From an uncultured Bacteroidales bacterium (GTDB taxonomy: Bacteria; Bacteroidota; Bacteroidia; Bacteroidales; UBA4417): 64,000 nucleotides of DNA. Position numbers and translations under genes: made by a program. The stretch covers positions 7,119 to 71,118 of the forward strand of contig CAIRMR010000040.1 in assembly GCA_903879715.1 (NCBI GenBank). Reading direction: 5' to 3'. The notes beneath the pieces are model-generated. The model saw only the letters and a list, made by a program, of their open reading frames with translations, ran no database searches and was not told the DNA's origin. Shown one piece after another: positions 1 through 9,870 of the stretch. The stretch's first letter is position 1, and each line of letters begins with the position of its first letter.

Positions 1-1137
1 TGCGTTGAGCATATTATAGCGGACAACCAGTTTATGATCTTTAGAAATATTATAATTCAGTTTTAAGAGTAGTTTATCGTTCGATTTCTTGTGGTTATAT
101 CCCTGGTAGGCACCAGCTTCGTAACCCCATTCGTTCAATAAATGGTCATGAACAGCTATAATATCAGCTTCATTCACACTTGTAACATTAGGCTGACCGG
201 TATTGCTACCATTATCCGCGACAAAACCATGAGCTAATTGGGTGGCACGTTCCAACTCCGCGTTTACAAAGAAAAACAACTTATTCTTTATAATCGGGCC
301 GCCGATACTTAAACCAGTCTGGTTGGTGCTGAAATCAACATTCGGCGCTTCAACGCCCCTTATTTTATCACCGATCATTCCCTGATTCCTGAAAAATGTA
401 TAGGCAGTAGCTTTAATCTGGTTTGTTCCTGATTTGGTAACCGCATTTATACCAGCACCTGTAAATCCACCTTCGCGAACATCAAAGGGAGCTAAGGATA
501 CCTGTATCTGTTCAATAGCGTCAAGCGAAACCGGTTGTGCGTCCGACTGACCTCCTGGTGTGGCATAATCCAGGCCAAAGGAGTTGTTGAAAATTGAGCC
601 GTCCAACGAAAAGTTATTGTACAGGTTATTTCGCCCGCCAAAACTGTTTCCGTCGCTTTGCGGCGTTGTACGCGTAAGGTCTTGCTGGCTGCGGGTAATG
701 GTAGGCAAGGCTGCGATCTGTTTGCTTGCGATATTGGTCATCGCACCGGTTTGCTCACGGTTGAGGCTCTTTGCCTGTATAACCACTCCACCGATTTCAA
801 CAGCGGTACTTTTCATGACTAATTTTACCGAAGCTGTATTATTCAACTGCAGATAAATGCCATCCACTGAGCTTGTCTCAAAACCAACAAAGGTTACCAT
901 AACTTTATAAGGTCCCCCAACGCGCATATTTCGTATTTCGAATCGCCCGTCGTCCAAAGTAACTGCCCCATATTCAGCTCCGCTTGGAGTGTGCACAGCG
1001 AGTACACTGGCCATCATTACAGGTTCGCCTTTTTCGTCAACAACAGTCCCTGCAAGAGATGAAGTTGTTACACCTTGTGAAAACACTGCTCCGCTAATTG
1101 CCAGGAATAGCATCCATAAGAATAATCGTTTTTTCAT
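1..1137 (-). CDS. TonB-dependent receptor, N-terminal part; the gene runs off the left edge of the window
   Basis: Absent from the ORF track because no stop lies in the window. Reverse-complement translation from ATG (complement of 1135-1137) reads MKKRLFLWMLFLAISGAVFSQGVTTSSLAGTVVDEKGEPV...RNMRVGGPYKVMVTFVGFE (signal peptide plus CarboxypepD_reg-like domain). Plug-like ...DAIEQIQVSLAPFDVREGGFTGAGINAVTKSGTN follows. I checked that the frame is open at both ends of the segment (codons covering 1-300 and the N-terminal portion from 1137); the middle was read only by eye. Confidence 0.8.
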   Translation of the reverse strand, partial: MKKRLFLWMLFLAISGAVFSQGVTTSSLAGTVVDEKGEPVMMASVLAVHTPSGAEYGAVTLDDGRFEIRNMRVGGPYKVMVTFVGFETSSVDGIYLQLNNTASVKLVMKSTAVEIGGVVIQAKSLNREQTGAMTNIASKQIAALPTITRSQQDLTRTTPQSDGNSFGGRNNLYNNFSLDGSIFNNSFGLDYATPGGQSDAQPVSLDAIEQIQVSLAPFDVREGGFTGAGINAVTKSGTNQIKATAYTFFRNQGMIGDKIRGVEAPNVDFSTNQTGLSIGGPIIKNKLFFFVNAELERATQLAHGFVADNGSNTGQPNVTSVNEADIIAVHDHLLNEWGYEAGAYQGYNHKKSNDKLLLKLNYNISKDHKLVVRYNMLNA

Positions 1138-2191
1138 AGAGATTTGGGTTAATTTGGTTATAATCGCCTTAAAAACAGACGATAGCTGGTTGGGTTGATT
1201 GGTTGAATTACAGCAAATATATAACAGCTTTATATGATTTTTAAAATGTGATATTAATAGTTATCAACAAATTCACATATATACTTATCATTCAATCTTA
1301 GATGTAATATTTAATGTAAAATCAATTGCTATAATAGAACCATATTATTATACTATAAAATACCTAAAGTATTTTTACCTCCTATTTTTTTAGTGTTAAT
1401 ATTCGAGCGCAAAACATTCAAAAAATCGTACAGAGAAATCCGATCCTTCTATTCACGTCATTGAATAGTTTACTTAATAGCTTTTCTTATTCTAATAGCA
1501 ATGCTTATCGGAACATATGAAAAGGATAGAATGCAAAAGATACTTCGTGTTCCTAATGTAAAACAGAAAAACCTGCCGGTAAAGCTACCGACAAGTTTGC
1601 GAAGAAGCCTATGCAGAAAATTTCCTTGCGTGATATTTGTTCTTAAAACTAAGGACTATATCAGCAGCAGTATTCTAAAAACTAAAAAAACTTTATTCCT
1701 GAGTTAAGCAGCACATTGATCAAATTTCCGTATTCTTCGTCGTATAGAGTTCTCATACAGTGCAATCCGGATCAGGCGGGAAAGATTAATCGGTTTCTCA
1801 AAGTATGCAATTATATATTCAGGGTTTATCTGTGTGTACATTGTAGTGACCTCCATTACTTGTTAAAATATCAATGTTGATAACGTTGCCGCTATTAACT
1901 GATTTTCCAGTAAAATTTATTTTTTTTTCTTGTGAGCCAGGCAACCATTGGTTCCCATATTCCTCACGCTCTTTAAATATAAAGACTTAGTACAGTCTTT
2001 TATATTTTTGATTTATTCTGTAAAGATACGGATTCAATGTTAACTGAATATTAAGAAATAGGAAAAATATTTGATGAAGAACTTGAACATGCAGAATATT
2101 CAGATAATTTACCATAAATAAAATACCAGAGAAAGACCTTACTAATTCAGAAACAGACTGCCAGATTATTGAAAATTATTTGTTAAAGTCC

Positions 2192-4249
2192 TCAAATTGA
2201 TATTTTTACGGATACTAAAGCCGATCTCCCATACCCATTCACCCCCGAACCATGATACCGGTAATCTTGGTTCAGAAGGTTTTGCAGACGTAAATCAGCT
2301 TCCAGGAAACGCCAGGTGTAACCCATATTGAAGTTAAAAATATTCCATCCCGGTGTACCACCTTCAGGAATGCGGTTATCGTCCTTGTCACCCTGTGCCA
2401 GCCGGTCCTGTTTTGCGGCTGCCTGCCACTCGATGTTGCACCACCATTCCAAATGCCTGTATTCAACAGCAACACGACCGAAAAGTGGCGGAATACGGCG
2501 GACAGGTTCATTTTTGGTAATATTCTGCCCGTAAGTATACGTTAAGCTACCTGCCACCGACCAGGCAGTGTTGACAGCATAATCCAAAGAAGTTTCAAAA
2601 CCCTGAATATAAGCCCGTTCCACATTTTCTTTCTGATACACAGCATATCCTTCGATGCTGTCGCCCTCCACCCTGTTGCGGACAATAAGGTTGTATAATT
2701 CATTGCGGTACAGGAAAATTTCACCTCTGAGCTTTTCACCCTGGTACTTGTAACCTAGCTGGTATTGAAACGATTGCTCCGGTTTCAGTTCAAAATTGGG
2801 TGTTTCATACCTGAAATCAACAATTCCCAGGGTACCTAAATCATCGATATTGGGAGCGCGGAAACCTGTATTAGCTGATATAAAAATATTGGATGTTGTA
2901 TTCAGTTTGCACAAAATGGCTATGTTCCCAACCAAAGCCGAAGGCGTTAGTGTTGTTTCACCTATGGTTTCATCATCAACATTTATGATATAGGTGTTGA
3001 AACGGGCACCGGTTGTAAAAATCCATTCAGGTAAATCAAAAGTATGCAGTGTAAAAGCAGCTATACTGGTCATGGTAGAAGCATCCGGATATAATCCACG
3101 TTCCGGAACAGTGACATTATTTGATAAATCTGTATCAATACGTGTACTGTTAACCAGGTCGTTATATATTTCAAAACCACTGTTGGCTGACCAGACTTCC
3201 CCATTTGTGGTTAAAGCTTCCGCAGAAAAGGCCAGCGACCTGACTTTGTCATTTTCTGCCCGCAACGTGTTGGATCCGTTTTTGCGGCTAATTCTACCCT
3301 CTTCGGTATTTTGCATCGAGGCTGTGAGAGTGGCTGATTTCCAAATGCCGGAGTTCAAGTCCTGGTTCAGCTTGGCATAAGCCAGCTTCCGGTTCTGAGT
3401 ATCCATTTTATTAATTGCATAGTTTTCGAGTTCAACCTTATGGTAAACATCTACATCCGCCTGATGCACATCCTGATATGCAATAGTAAGGATTGTAGAT
3501 GGTGTAAGCCTGATTTTACCTTTCATATCGTAATTCAGTTCTGTATATCCGCTAGGCGATTGACGTCCTGTGGTATCTCCACCCAATATATCGCCAAAAT
3601 TTCGCCATGATACACCTCCTGTAAATGTTGCTTTTTTGCTGCCAAAATCCACTCCGGCATGCATGGTTTGTTCCATACCCTGCGTAGCAAAACGAGTGAA
3701 GAGATTACTTCCCCATTCAGGTTTATCTGTTAAAACGGCATCCCTGCTAAAGGCCTGAATGGTTCCACCCATGGCATCGGAACCATATTGCACCGAGCCG
3801 CCACCACGCAGAACTTCAATTTTATCAAGACTAAAAACATCAATCGTATTAAAATACTGGTTTGGCCCGTAACGCACCGTAGCATTGCTGAGCCTGATGC
3901 CGTCAATTAACAACAACGTTTGGTTTCCGGTTAATCCGCGTACGAAAGGCGAACCTCCGCCATGGTTGGTTTTTTGAACAAAAACGCCTGGTGTTACTGA
4001 AAGGGCTTCGGGTGTGGAGCGAAGCTGGTTTCGCTCAATCGCCTTGCTCTTTAACACTTCTATGGCTTGAGCTGTGTTAAAACGAAGTGTTGAATGACGG
4101 TTGGCTGTGATAACAACCTCCGAAAGCGATTGGGGTAAAATTGTATCGGTCTGTAAAATTGGATTTAAACTTTGGGCACTTAAAAAGCCAGTAAATTGGA
4201 ACAAAACCAGAGCAAATACCATTTCAGAGAATAGAAATACCTTTTTCAT
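2192..4249 (-). CDS. TonB-dependent receptor (plug plus 22-strand barrel type, 685 aa); substrate unknown
   Basis: Signal peptide MKKVFLFSEMVFALVLFQFTGFLSAQ. Plug motifs: EVVITANR, TPGVFVQKTNHGGGSPFVRGLTGNQTLLLIDGIRL, IEVLRGGGSVQYGSDAMGGTI. Barrel-like C-terminus: GYGRSALVSVKISI. Confidence 0.85.
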   Translation of the reverse strand: MKKVFLFSEMVFALVLFQFTGFLSAQSLNPILQTDTILPQSLSEVVITANRHSTLRFNTAQAIEVLKSKAIERNQLRSTPEALSVTPGVFVQKTNHGGGSPFVRGLTGNQTLLLIDGIRLSNATVRYGPNQYFNTIDVFSLDKIEVLRGGGSVQYGSDAMGGTIQAFSRDAVLTDKPEWGSNLFTRFATQGMEQTMHAGVDFGSKKATFTGGVSWRNFGDILGGDTTGRQSPSGYTELNYDMKGKIRLTPSTILTIAYQDVHQADVDVYHKVELENYAINKMDTQNRKLAYAKLNQDLNSGIWKSATLTASMQNTEEGRISRKNGSNTLRAENDKVRSLAFSAEALTTNGEVWSANSGFEIYNDLVNSTRIDTDLSNNVTVPERGLYPDASTMTSIAAFTLHTFDLPEWIFTTGARFNTYIINVDDETIGETTLTPSALVGNIAILCKLNTTSNIFISANTGFRAPNIDDLGTLGIVDFRYETPNFELKPEQSFQYQLGYKYQGEKLRGEIFLYRNELYNLIVRNRVEGDSIEGYAVYQKENVERAYIQGFETSLDYAVNTAWSVAGSLTYTYGQNITKNEPVRRIPPLFGRVAVEYRHLEWWCNIEWQAAAKQDRLAQGDKDDNRIPEGGTPGWNIFNFNMGYTWRFLEADLRLQNLLNQDYRYHGSGVNGYGRSALVSVKISI

Positions 4250-4513
4250 CCGGCAAAAATATATTTTTCACATTAAACAAGTATAAATAATCTTTCTCTT
4301 TTGAAATAATGAGGCAATTTTTTCAATCATTCCCCTTGTCAAATGAGGTATTTTCTCCTTACGCTATATGAAAGACAGGTAATTGGAGCATTGAATTATA
4401 CCGGCTCCATATTTACTATAAACTGGTTTTCAAAGAACTATAATCTCATATGCAAAACATTATATGTGTTTTGATGTTAATTCATATATAGTATTAACCA
4501 AAAACCATAAACC

Positions 4514-5305
4514 ATGAAAAAACTAATTACACTGGCGTTGGTTATTTTTATGACCATACGAATCAATGCACAGGAGAATCCGAAGCAATTGTATCTGTTA
4601 TTTGAATTTATGCAGGTTAATGATGAGCATGAGTCTGATTACTGGCAGGTTGAAGAATTCTGGTCGGGAATTCACAAGCAAAGGGTTGCGGACAAATCAA
4701 TACTGGGTTGGGATATGTGGTCGATTACACCTTCCGGGGTGAAGCAGGGCAGCCAATACATGACTGTAACTCTTTTTGCAAGTCTTAAGGATATGTTGCA
4801 GGCAGCAATCTCGTGGGATGTTAACACGTATGTAAAGAAAGCCTTTCCCGATATGAAGGAAAAAGAACTCAACGCTATGTTCGACAAAACCCCGAAGTCG
4901 CGTGACATTGCTCACCAGGTTTATACTGAGCAGGTTGATAAAACAAGGGACTCTTTCGAAATGAAAATAGGTACCATTGCAACCCTGGATATTATGAAAC
5001 AACTGGATGATGGCTATGAAAAAGCAGAATCCGAAATTTTTAAACCCTGGCACCAGGATCTGGTCACCAAAGGTAAAAAAGGTTCATGGGAGATGCTTCG
5101 TGTTATTTTACCCGCAGGTAATGAAGCTTACGGAACACATTTAACCGTAAGCATGTATAATGACGCGGCACAGTTAGCAGCATTTATGGAAAATGCGGAT
5201 GGCGGTGACATAGACTTAATGACAAAACGGGCTGTTGCCGAAGGGTTTAAAACCCGCGAATGGAAAGAAGTGAAGATTGCTACTTTGCAAAAAATGGTGA
5301 GGTAA
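4514..5305 (+). CDS. Secreted hypothetical protein with two similar halves
   Basis: 263-aa ORF with signal peptide MKKLITLALVIFMTIRINAQ. The halves LYLLFEFMQVNDEHESDYWQVEEFWSGIHKQ... and ...IMKQLDDGYEKAESEIFKPWHQDL... look like an internal duplication. No family recognised. Confidence 0.6.
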   Translation: MKKLITLALVIFMTIRINAQENPKQLYLLFEFMQVNDEHESDYWQVEEFWSGIHKQRVADKSILGWDMWSITPSGVKQGSQYMTVTLFASLKDMLQAAISWDVNTYVKKAFPDMKEKELNAMFDKTPKSRDIAHQVYTEQVDKTRDSFEMKIGTIATLDIMKQLDDGYEKAESEIFKPWHQDLVTKGKKGSWEMLRVILPAGNEAYGTHLTVSMYNDAAQLAAFMENADGGDIDLMTKRAVAEGFKTREWKEVKIATLQKMVR

Positions 5306-5343
5306 ATTGAATTAGAATACAACTTTCGCCAATTATTTATTTA

Positions 5344-5377
5344 AAATCCTGGGTCCTGACGCACAGGATTTTTTTTG
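5344..5377. terminator. Hairpin plus T-run between convergent genes (4514..5305 and GH1)
   Basis: AAATCCTG...CAGGATTT stem followed by TTTTTTT. Confidence 0.6.
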
Positions 5378-5440
5378 TGAAAAAGCTGAAATTTCTTACG
5401 TTAATAATGGATATGCATTTCAGGATGCGTAGTAAATAAC

Positions 5441-6781
5441 TCAGTGATCATCTAATAAACTGCTGTACCAATATCCCGAATCTTTAATTATCCGCTCCTG
5501 GGTTTTGAAGTCTACATAAACAAGTCCGAACCTGGGTTTGAACCCTTCGGCCCATTCAAAATTATCAGTCAGGCTCCAAACAAAATAACCATTTACATTC
5601 ACTCCTTCGCATTTGGCCCGCAGAACCTGTCCCAAATATTGCTTCAGAAAGCTAATCCTTTTTATATCATGTATTTTACCCTCAAGCAGAACATCCGGAA
5701 ATGCTGCTCCATTCTCGGTTACTATAATCTCTTTAAATTTTTTATACTTACTAAACTTCACCAGCATCTTATAGATAGATTCCGGGTAAACTTCCCAGTT
5801 CATAACGGTTGTTTCAACATTTCTCTTTTCTGCCCTGATTACCTTGGCCTTCATCATGGGTGTGAAATTGGAATGGGATATCATTTCACGGGTATAATTC
5901 TGAACACCGATAAAATCCATGTCGAAGGCAAGTTTACTTTCGTCACCATCCTTAATAAATGGCTCCAGCCGTCGGAGTAATTTCAGATCGTTAACCGGAT
6001 AGCCCAGTCCGGCAAGGGGTTCGACAAACAACCGGTTCAACAACGCATCAACTCGGTGAGCAGCCATACCATCGTTTATTGATTTTCCGAAAGGCTCGAC
6101 ATATGAACATGAAAATGTAGTCCCAATATGAGCATCTTTTACCATAGACCTGACTATCCTTCCACCTTCGGACTGGCACATAGCCGAATGATGTGCAGCC
6201 GCCAGGAAGTTGTTCAGTCCTTTACGGCCCGGCGCATGAACACCTAAAAAGTAACCGGCACCGGTATACACCATGGGTTCGTTAAGTATCATCCAGTTTT
6301 TCGCTCTATCACCAAAATACCTGATGCATAACTCCACATAATCACCAAACCAGCCAATAATATCCCTGTTTGTCCAGCCGCCTTTTTTTTCGAGTTCATG
6401 AGGCAGATCCCAATGATATAAAGTAATCCAGGGTTCGATGCCCATTTCGAGGCAAAAATCAATAACACGATTATAAAATTCAATACCTATTGGATTTACC
6501 TTGCCAATCCCATTCGGAATAATACGACTCCACGAGAGAGAAAACCGGAAATTAGGAATCCCGAGTTTAGCTATCAATATAATATCATGGGTATAGCGCC
6601 TGTAAAAATCGCAGGCTATATTCCCGTTTTCACCCTGGAATGTTTTCCCTTTCGTGTTCGAAAAAACGTCCCAGATAGATTTGCCTTTCCCGTCTGAATC
6701 CCATCCCCCTTCGGTTTGATAAGCAGCAGTCGATACTCCCCATTTAAAATCGGGACCAAAATCCTTTCCTGTATAATTCAT
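5441..6781 (-). CDS. Glycoside hydrolase family 1 beta-glucosidase
   Basis: 446 aa. GH1 signatures: FKWGVSTAAYQTEGG, TLYHWDLP, acid/base WMILNEP, nucleophile IVTENGAAF, C-terminal FEWAEGFKPRFGLVYVD. Confidence 0.92.
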   Translation of the reverse strand: MNYTGKDFGPDFKWGVSTAAYQTEGGWDSDGKGKSIWDVFSNTKGKTFQGENGNIACDFYRRYTHDIILIAKLGIPNFRFSLSWSRIIPNGIGKVNPIGIEFYNRVIDFCLEMGIEPWITLYHWDLPHELEKKGGWTNRDIIGWFGDYVELCIRYFGDRAKNWMILNEPMVYTGAGYFLGVHAPGRKGLNNFLAAAHHSAMCQSEGGRIVRSMVKDAHIGTTFSCSYVEPFGKSINDGMAAHRVDALLNRLFVEPLAGLGYPVNDLKLLRRLEPFIKDGDESKLAFDMDFIGVQNYTREMISHSNFTPMMKAKVIRAEKRNVETTVMNWEVYPESIYKMLVKFSKYKKFKEIIVTENGAAFPDVLLEGKIHDIKRISFLKQYLGQVLRAKCEGVNVNGYFVWSLTDNFEWAEGFKPRFGLVYVDFKTQERIIKDSGYWYSSLLDDH

Positions 6782-6790
6782 CTTCTCAGC

Positions 6791-7867
6791 TTAGATTTGC
6801 GCCACTATCTTTTTCAGGATCAGATTTCTGAATTTCTTAACTGTATATTGTTTATCTTTTGTCTTGGCAATCTTTTCGGCATCTTCCTGCACTGTAAGTA
6901 TTGAATTGATTAGTATTTCCGTATTATCCGGATAGTCAACCTCCACCGTTGATCCGTTTTGAATCCAGTTCATTATTTTGCCGACATTTTCAAGTTTGAG
7001 GCTTTTCAATACGGGAACTCCCATTTCTTTTAATGCAGCAGCATTACAATGCTGTTCATATTGTCCTTTCATGGGAATAACCATAAGTTTTTTCTTCATA
7101 AAAAGTGCTTCGGCAGGAGTTTCGAAGCCGGCGCCACATAATATTCCATGTGCTGAAGCCATACTTTCAATAAACGCTTCATTATTAATTGGCTGAATAG
7201 TAATATTACGGTATCCCACCAGCTGTTTATTGTGTTTTGAGAAAACCTGCCACTGCGTGTCTCCACATTGTTTCAAAACCTTTAAAATCCGTTTATCATC
7301 ATAGGCTGGAAGGTAAACCGTATAATGCCCATTATTTTCAATGTTCAGTTCTCTGACTTGTTTGCGTACAACCGGGGTGAAAATATTTTCGGCATATGCT
7401 TTAAAATGAAAACCGTATTTTGCATCCGAAGGCGCGTAATTCTTTAAAATAGCTTTTCCTATAATATCTGAATCTGCAGGCTGCGGAGCTTTTTTATTTA
7501 AAACTGCTGCCTGGTGGCTAACAGAGATGCACTTCACATTTTTAATGTAACAGGCCCATGCCGAAACAGGTTCAAAATCATTGATAACCAGATCATACTC
7601 TTCTACCGGAAGGCTGTTTAACTCAGCAAATAATCGTTTTATATAATTCTTCTTATACGTTTCTACCAGATCAATACCACCATTTGCTCCAAAAATAAAG
7701 CCCAATCCATTAAACCGGTACTTTACAGGGTACGGTAACTCAATATCAGCCTGGGTTCCGCTTATTAATAAATTGACTTCATGATTCTTCTGAAGTATTG
7801 GAATTATATCCCTTGCCCTGCTCAGATGCCCGTTGCCTGTTCCCTGAATTGCATATAAAATTTTCAT
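6791..7867 (-). CDS. Glycosyltransferase (MJ1255/TIGR00661-like, GT28-like fold)
   Basis: 358 aa. N-terminal MKILYAIQGTGNGHLSRARDIIPIL is typical of this uncharacterised GT family. C-terminal half has GAGFETPAEALFMKKKLMVIPMKGQYEQHCNA. Confidence 0.7.
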   Translation of the reverse strand: MKILYAIQGTGNGHLSRARDIIPILQKNHEVNLLISGTQADIELPYPVKYRFNGLGFIFGANGGIDLVETYKKNYIKRLFAELNSLPVEEYDLVINDFEPVSAWACYIKNVKCISVSHQAAVLNKKAPQPADSDIIGKAILKNYAPSDAKYGFHFKAYAENIFTPVVRKQVRELNIENNGHYTVYLPAYDDKRILKVLKQCGDTQWQVFSKHNKQLVGYRNITIQPINNEAFIESMASAHGILCGAGFETPAEALFMKKKLMVIPMKGQYEQHCNAAALKEMGVPVLKSLKLENVGKIMNWIQNGSTVEVDYPDNTEILINSILTVQEDAEKIAKTKDKQYTVKKFRNLILKKIVAQI

Positions 7868-7880
7868 CTGTTGTTTTTTG

Positions 7881-8060
7881 ATTTTTTACGGGTCAGATGG
7901 AATATGCCATGATGAACCCTAATATCTCCTTCGGTTGGTGTTTTCAAATCATGGCTATTTCATGCGTTCTTATTTATTTTTACGGGTTGCATGGAATACG
8001 CAATGATTAAGATTAATAAAGTCATTGGATTCTTTTTTACAATCATGGCTATTTCATTGC
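7881..8060. repeat. Two tandem copies of a module of about 93 bp downstream of the LpxH-like gene
   Basis: TTTTACGGGTCAGATGGAATATGCCATGATGAA...CAAATCATGGCTATTTCAT is matched by TTTTACGGGTTGCATGGAATACGCAATGATTAA...ACAATCATGGCTATTTCAT. Copy 2 ends in the stop codon region (8054). Copy 1 contains the 8-bp inverted pair GCCATGAT/ATCATGGC; in copy 2 the left arm is degenerate (CAATGATT). Confidence 0.7.
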
Positions 8061-8911
8061 CTCATCATATTAAATTCCTGTAACATATTATCAAAAAGCT
8101 GATCATTCGTCAGCTCCGATATTTCTTCTTCTATTTCCTGAATCATTTCAGCTTTATCTGCCTCATTAAACCTGTATATTGACCAATCACCATCCACATA
8201 TTCAAGAGCTGATAAATTTTCGACCCAATCGCCAGAATTCAGATAGGTAATGTGACCTTCAGAATTGCTGATTTCCCTGATTTCGGGGTGATGGATATGG
8301 CCGCAGATAACAAAATCGAATTTATTGCTGATGCCTATATCAGCGGTTGTCTGTTCAAAATCATTAATAAACGAAACGGCGGATTTTACACTTTCCTTGA
8401 TCTTTTTTGATAACGAAAGTTTCCCTTTGTGAAAAACCTTTTCGGAAATGAAGTTGAAAAATCTGTTTATAAGAATCAGAATATCGTAACCAACTGATCC
8501 TAATTTCGCCAGCCACTTTGAATGCTGCATGGTCACATCAAAAACATCACCATGAAAAATCCATGCTTTCTTACCATCAGCTAAAGTTATAACCACCTTA
8601 TTTACAATACTGAGAGAACCCATTTTCAGCCCTTCGAACCTCCGGAGCATTTCGTCGTGATTTCCGGTAACATAATAAGTTTTAATGCCTTTACCCATCC
8701 AGTTGATCAGGTGCTTGATCACTTTCATATGGCTGTTGGGCCAGTATGTTTTACTGAATTGCCATATATCAATGATGTCACCGTTTAAAACAACTACTTT
8801 AGGTTTAACGCTTTTTAAATAGTGAAGGAGTTCTTTAGCGTGGCATCCGAATGTGCCCAGGTGAATATCAGAGATTACAAGTATATCAATCTGCCTTTTT
8901 TGTTTCTTCAT
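8054..8911 (-). CDS. LpxH-family metallophosphoesterase (UDP-2,3-diacylglucosamine diphosphatase-like)
   Basis: 285 aa. Calcineurin-like phosphoesterase motifs appear in order: VISDIHLG, NGDIIDIWQ, TGNHDE, FHGD, CGHIHHP. Confidence 0.75.
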   Translation of the reverse strand: MKKQKRQIDILVISDIHLGTFGCHAKELLHYLKSVKPKVVVLNGDIIDIWQFSKTYWPNSHMKVIKHLINWMGKGIKTYYVTGNHDEMLRRFEGLKMGSLSIVNKVVITLADGKKAWIFHGDVFDVTMQHSKWLAKLGSVGYDILILINRFFNFISEKVFHKGKLSLSKKIKESVKSAVSFINDFEQTTADIGISNKFDFVICGHIHHPEIREISNSEGHITYLNSGDWVENLSALEYVDGDWSIYRFNEADKAEMIQEIEEEISELTNDQLFDNMLQEFNMMRQ

Positions 8912-9326
8912 ATTCAGTGTTTCAGTGTTGGATAGAAATCAGCAAAAAGCGACACAAGAATCGTTGACAACATATTGACAGCCTTTAGATTCAGATTATG
9001 CAATCTGTGAAATACAGGAAAAATCATGTGGAAACCCCTGGTACCAAAAGAAGAAACCTCTTTGGGGATATTGCTTTTTACATTAGGTATCATAATTTTC
9101 GGTTTCCCAAAAGTATTACGCTCATTTAAACAGAATATCAATGGAATATTATCAATATGTTAAACAGGCAAAAAAAGCAGAAAATCGAATTGGTTTATAT
9201 TTATTCTAATAGATTGATAATAAGCAGTATACGATCAACTGATATAGCCAGTCAGGAATTTATAAATAAATCAGATTTGATAAATTCCGAATAAGCATTG
9301 CTTCCGTTTACTGAATTAAGCTCCAA

Positions 9327-9383
9327 CTTAACATTAATTTAATATAGCCGTAACATTGGTGTAACATACTCACATTATTTTTG
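9327..9383 (+). promoter_or_regulatory. Candidate Pho box (four phased heptamers) plus TAnnTTTG box upstream of 9407
   Basis: CTTAACA ttaa TTTAATA tagc CGTAACA ttgg TGTAACA, then 9 nt, then TATTTTTG (9376-9383). Heptamer starts are at 9327, 9338, 9349 and 9360, an exact 11-bp phase. Confidence 0.6.
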
Positions 9384-9406
9384 CATCATAAATAAAACCA
9401 AAGATT

Positions 9407-9760
9407 ATGAAAAGAATATTAAGCATTGTAATAATCGGAATCGTACTGATGATAAGTAACAATGTATTTGCTACCGGCGAAGATGCTGTTGTTCCTGCCA
9501 GTGCAAAAGCAAGTATATCAGGAAAAGTATTAGACATAAAAACAGGCGAATCGCTTGCAGGTGTTGCTATTTCAGTTGAAGGAACAAACATTAAAGTGTA
9601 TACTGATCTTGATGGTTCATTTACTGTTGATGGAATTACTCCAGGCAATTACAACCTTGTTTTATCTTTGATATCATACAAAAGCAGTCTGGTTGAAAAC
9701 ATTAAACTCAATCCAAGCTCAAAGGAAAACATTGACATCAAATTGGACGCTGTAAGATAA
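9407..9760 (+). CDS. Small secreted stand-alone CarboxypepD_reg-like domain protein
   Basis: 117 aa with a signal peptide. SGKVLDIKTGESLAGVAISVEGTNIKVYTDLDGSFTVDGITPGNYNLVLSLISY matches the N-terminal domain of the TonB receptors in this window (compare 11459..14320). Confidence 0.7.
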   Translation: MKRILSIVIIGIVLMISNNVFATGEDAVVPASAKASISGKVLDIKTGESLAGVAISVEGTNIKVYTDLDGSFTVDGITPGNYNLVLSLISYKSSLVENIKLNPSSKENIDIKLDAVR

Positions 9761-9781
9761 TTATAATCCAAAAATATTTCA

Positions 9782-9815
9782 AAGGCTGTGCTTGTTAAAA
9801 GTACAGCCTTTTTTA
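9782..9815 (+). terminator. Rho-independent terminator or attenuator between the CarboxypepD_reg-domain gene and the porin gene
   Basis: AAGGCTGT gcttgttaaaagt ACAGCCTT followed by TTTTATTTTT. Confidence 0.65.
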
Positions 9816-9870
9816 TTTTTACTATGACTATTCTATTAATATTTCAATATTTTTGCGCAAAATAATACAC

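Noticed and set aside
1704-1944. Apparent 80-codon minus-strand ORF in the 1-kb gap
   Set aside because: Careful re-translation shows an in-frame TGA after 41 codons. My first reading had inserted a base. Only two short overlapping frames exist.
2994-3380. Antisense or out-of-frame ORFs inside long genes (for example 2994..3380, 20195..20656, 25142..25519, 36861..37271, 45656..46006, 50559..50957, 62885..63226)
   Set aside because: Each lies entirely within a longer ORF that has clear family motifs. They show low-complexity or unusual composition typical of shadow ORFs.
4250-4513. Cobalamin or other riboswitch upstream of the TonB receptor 2192..4249
   Set aside because: There is no B12-box-like or GGTGAAA/GCCACTG-like motif on the minus strand. 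Only a generic hairpin (GGAGC...GCTCC) is present, and a TATTTTTG box lies just 4 nt from the ATG.
8914-9141. 75-aa minus-strand ORF just upstream of the LpxH-like gene
   Set aside because: It has no recognisable motifs or signal peptide and odd composition. It lies in an AT-rich promoter region and cannot be supported from sequence alone.
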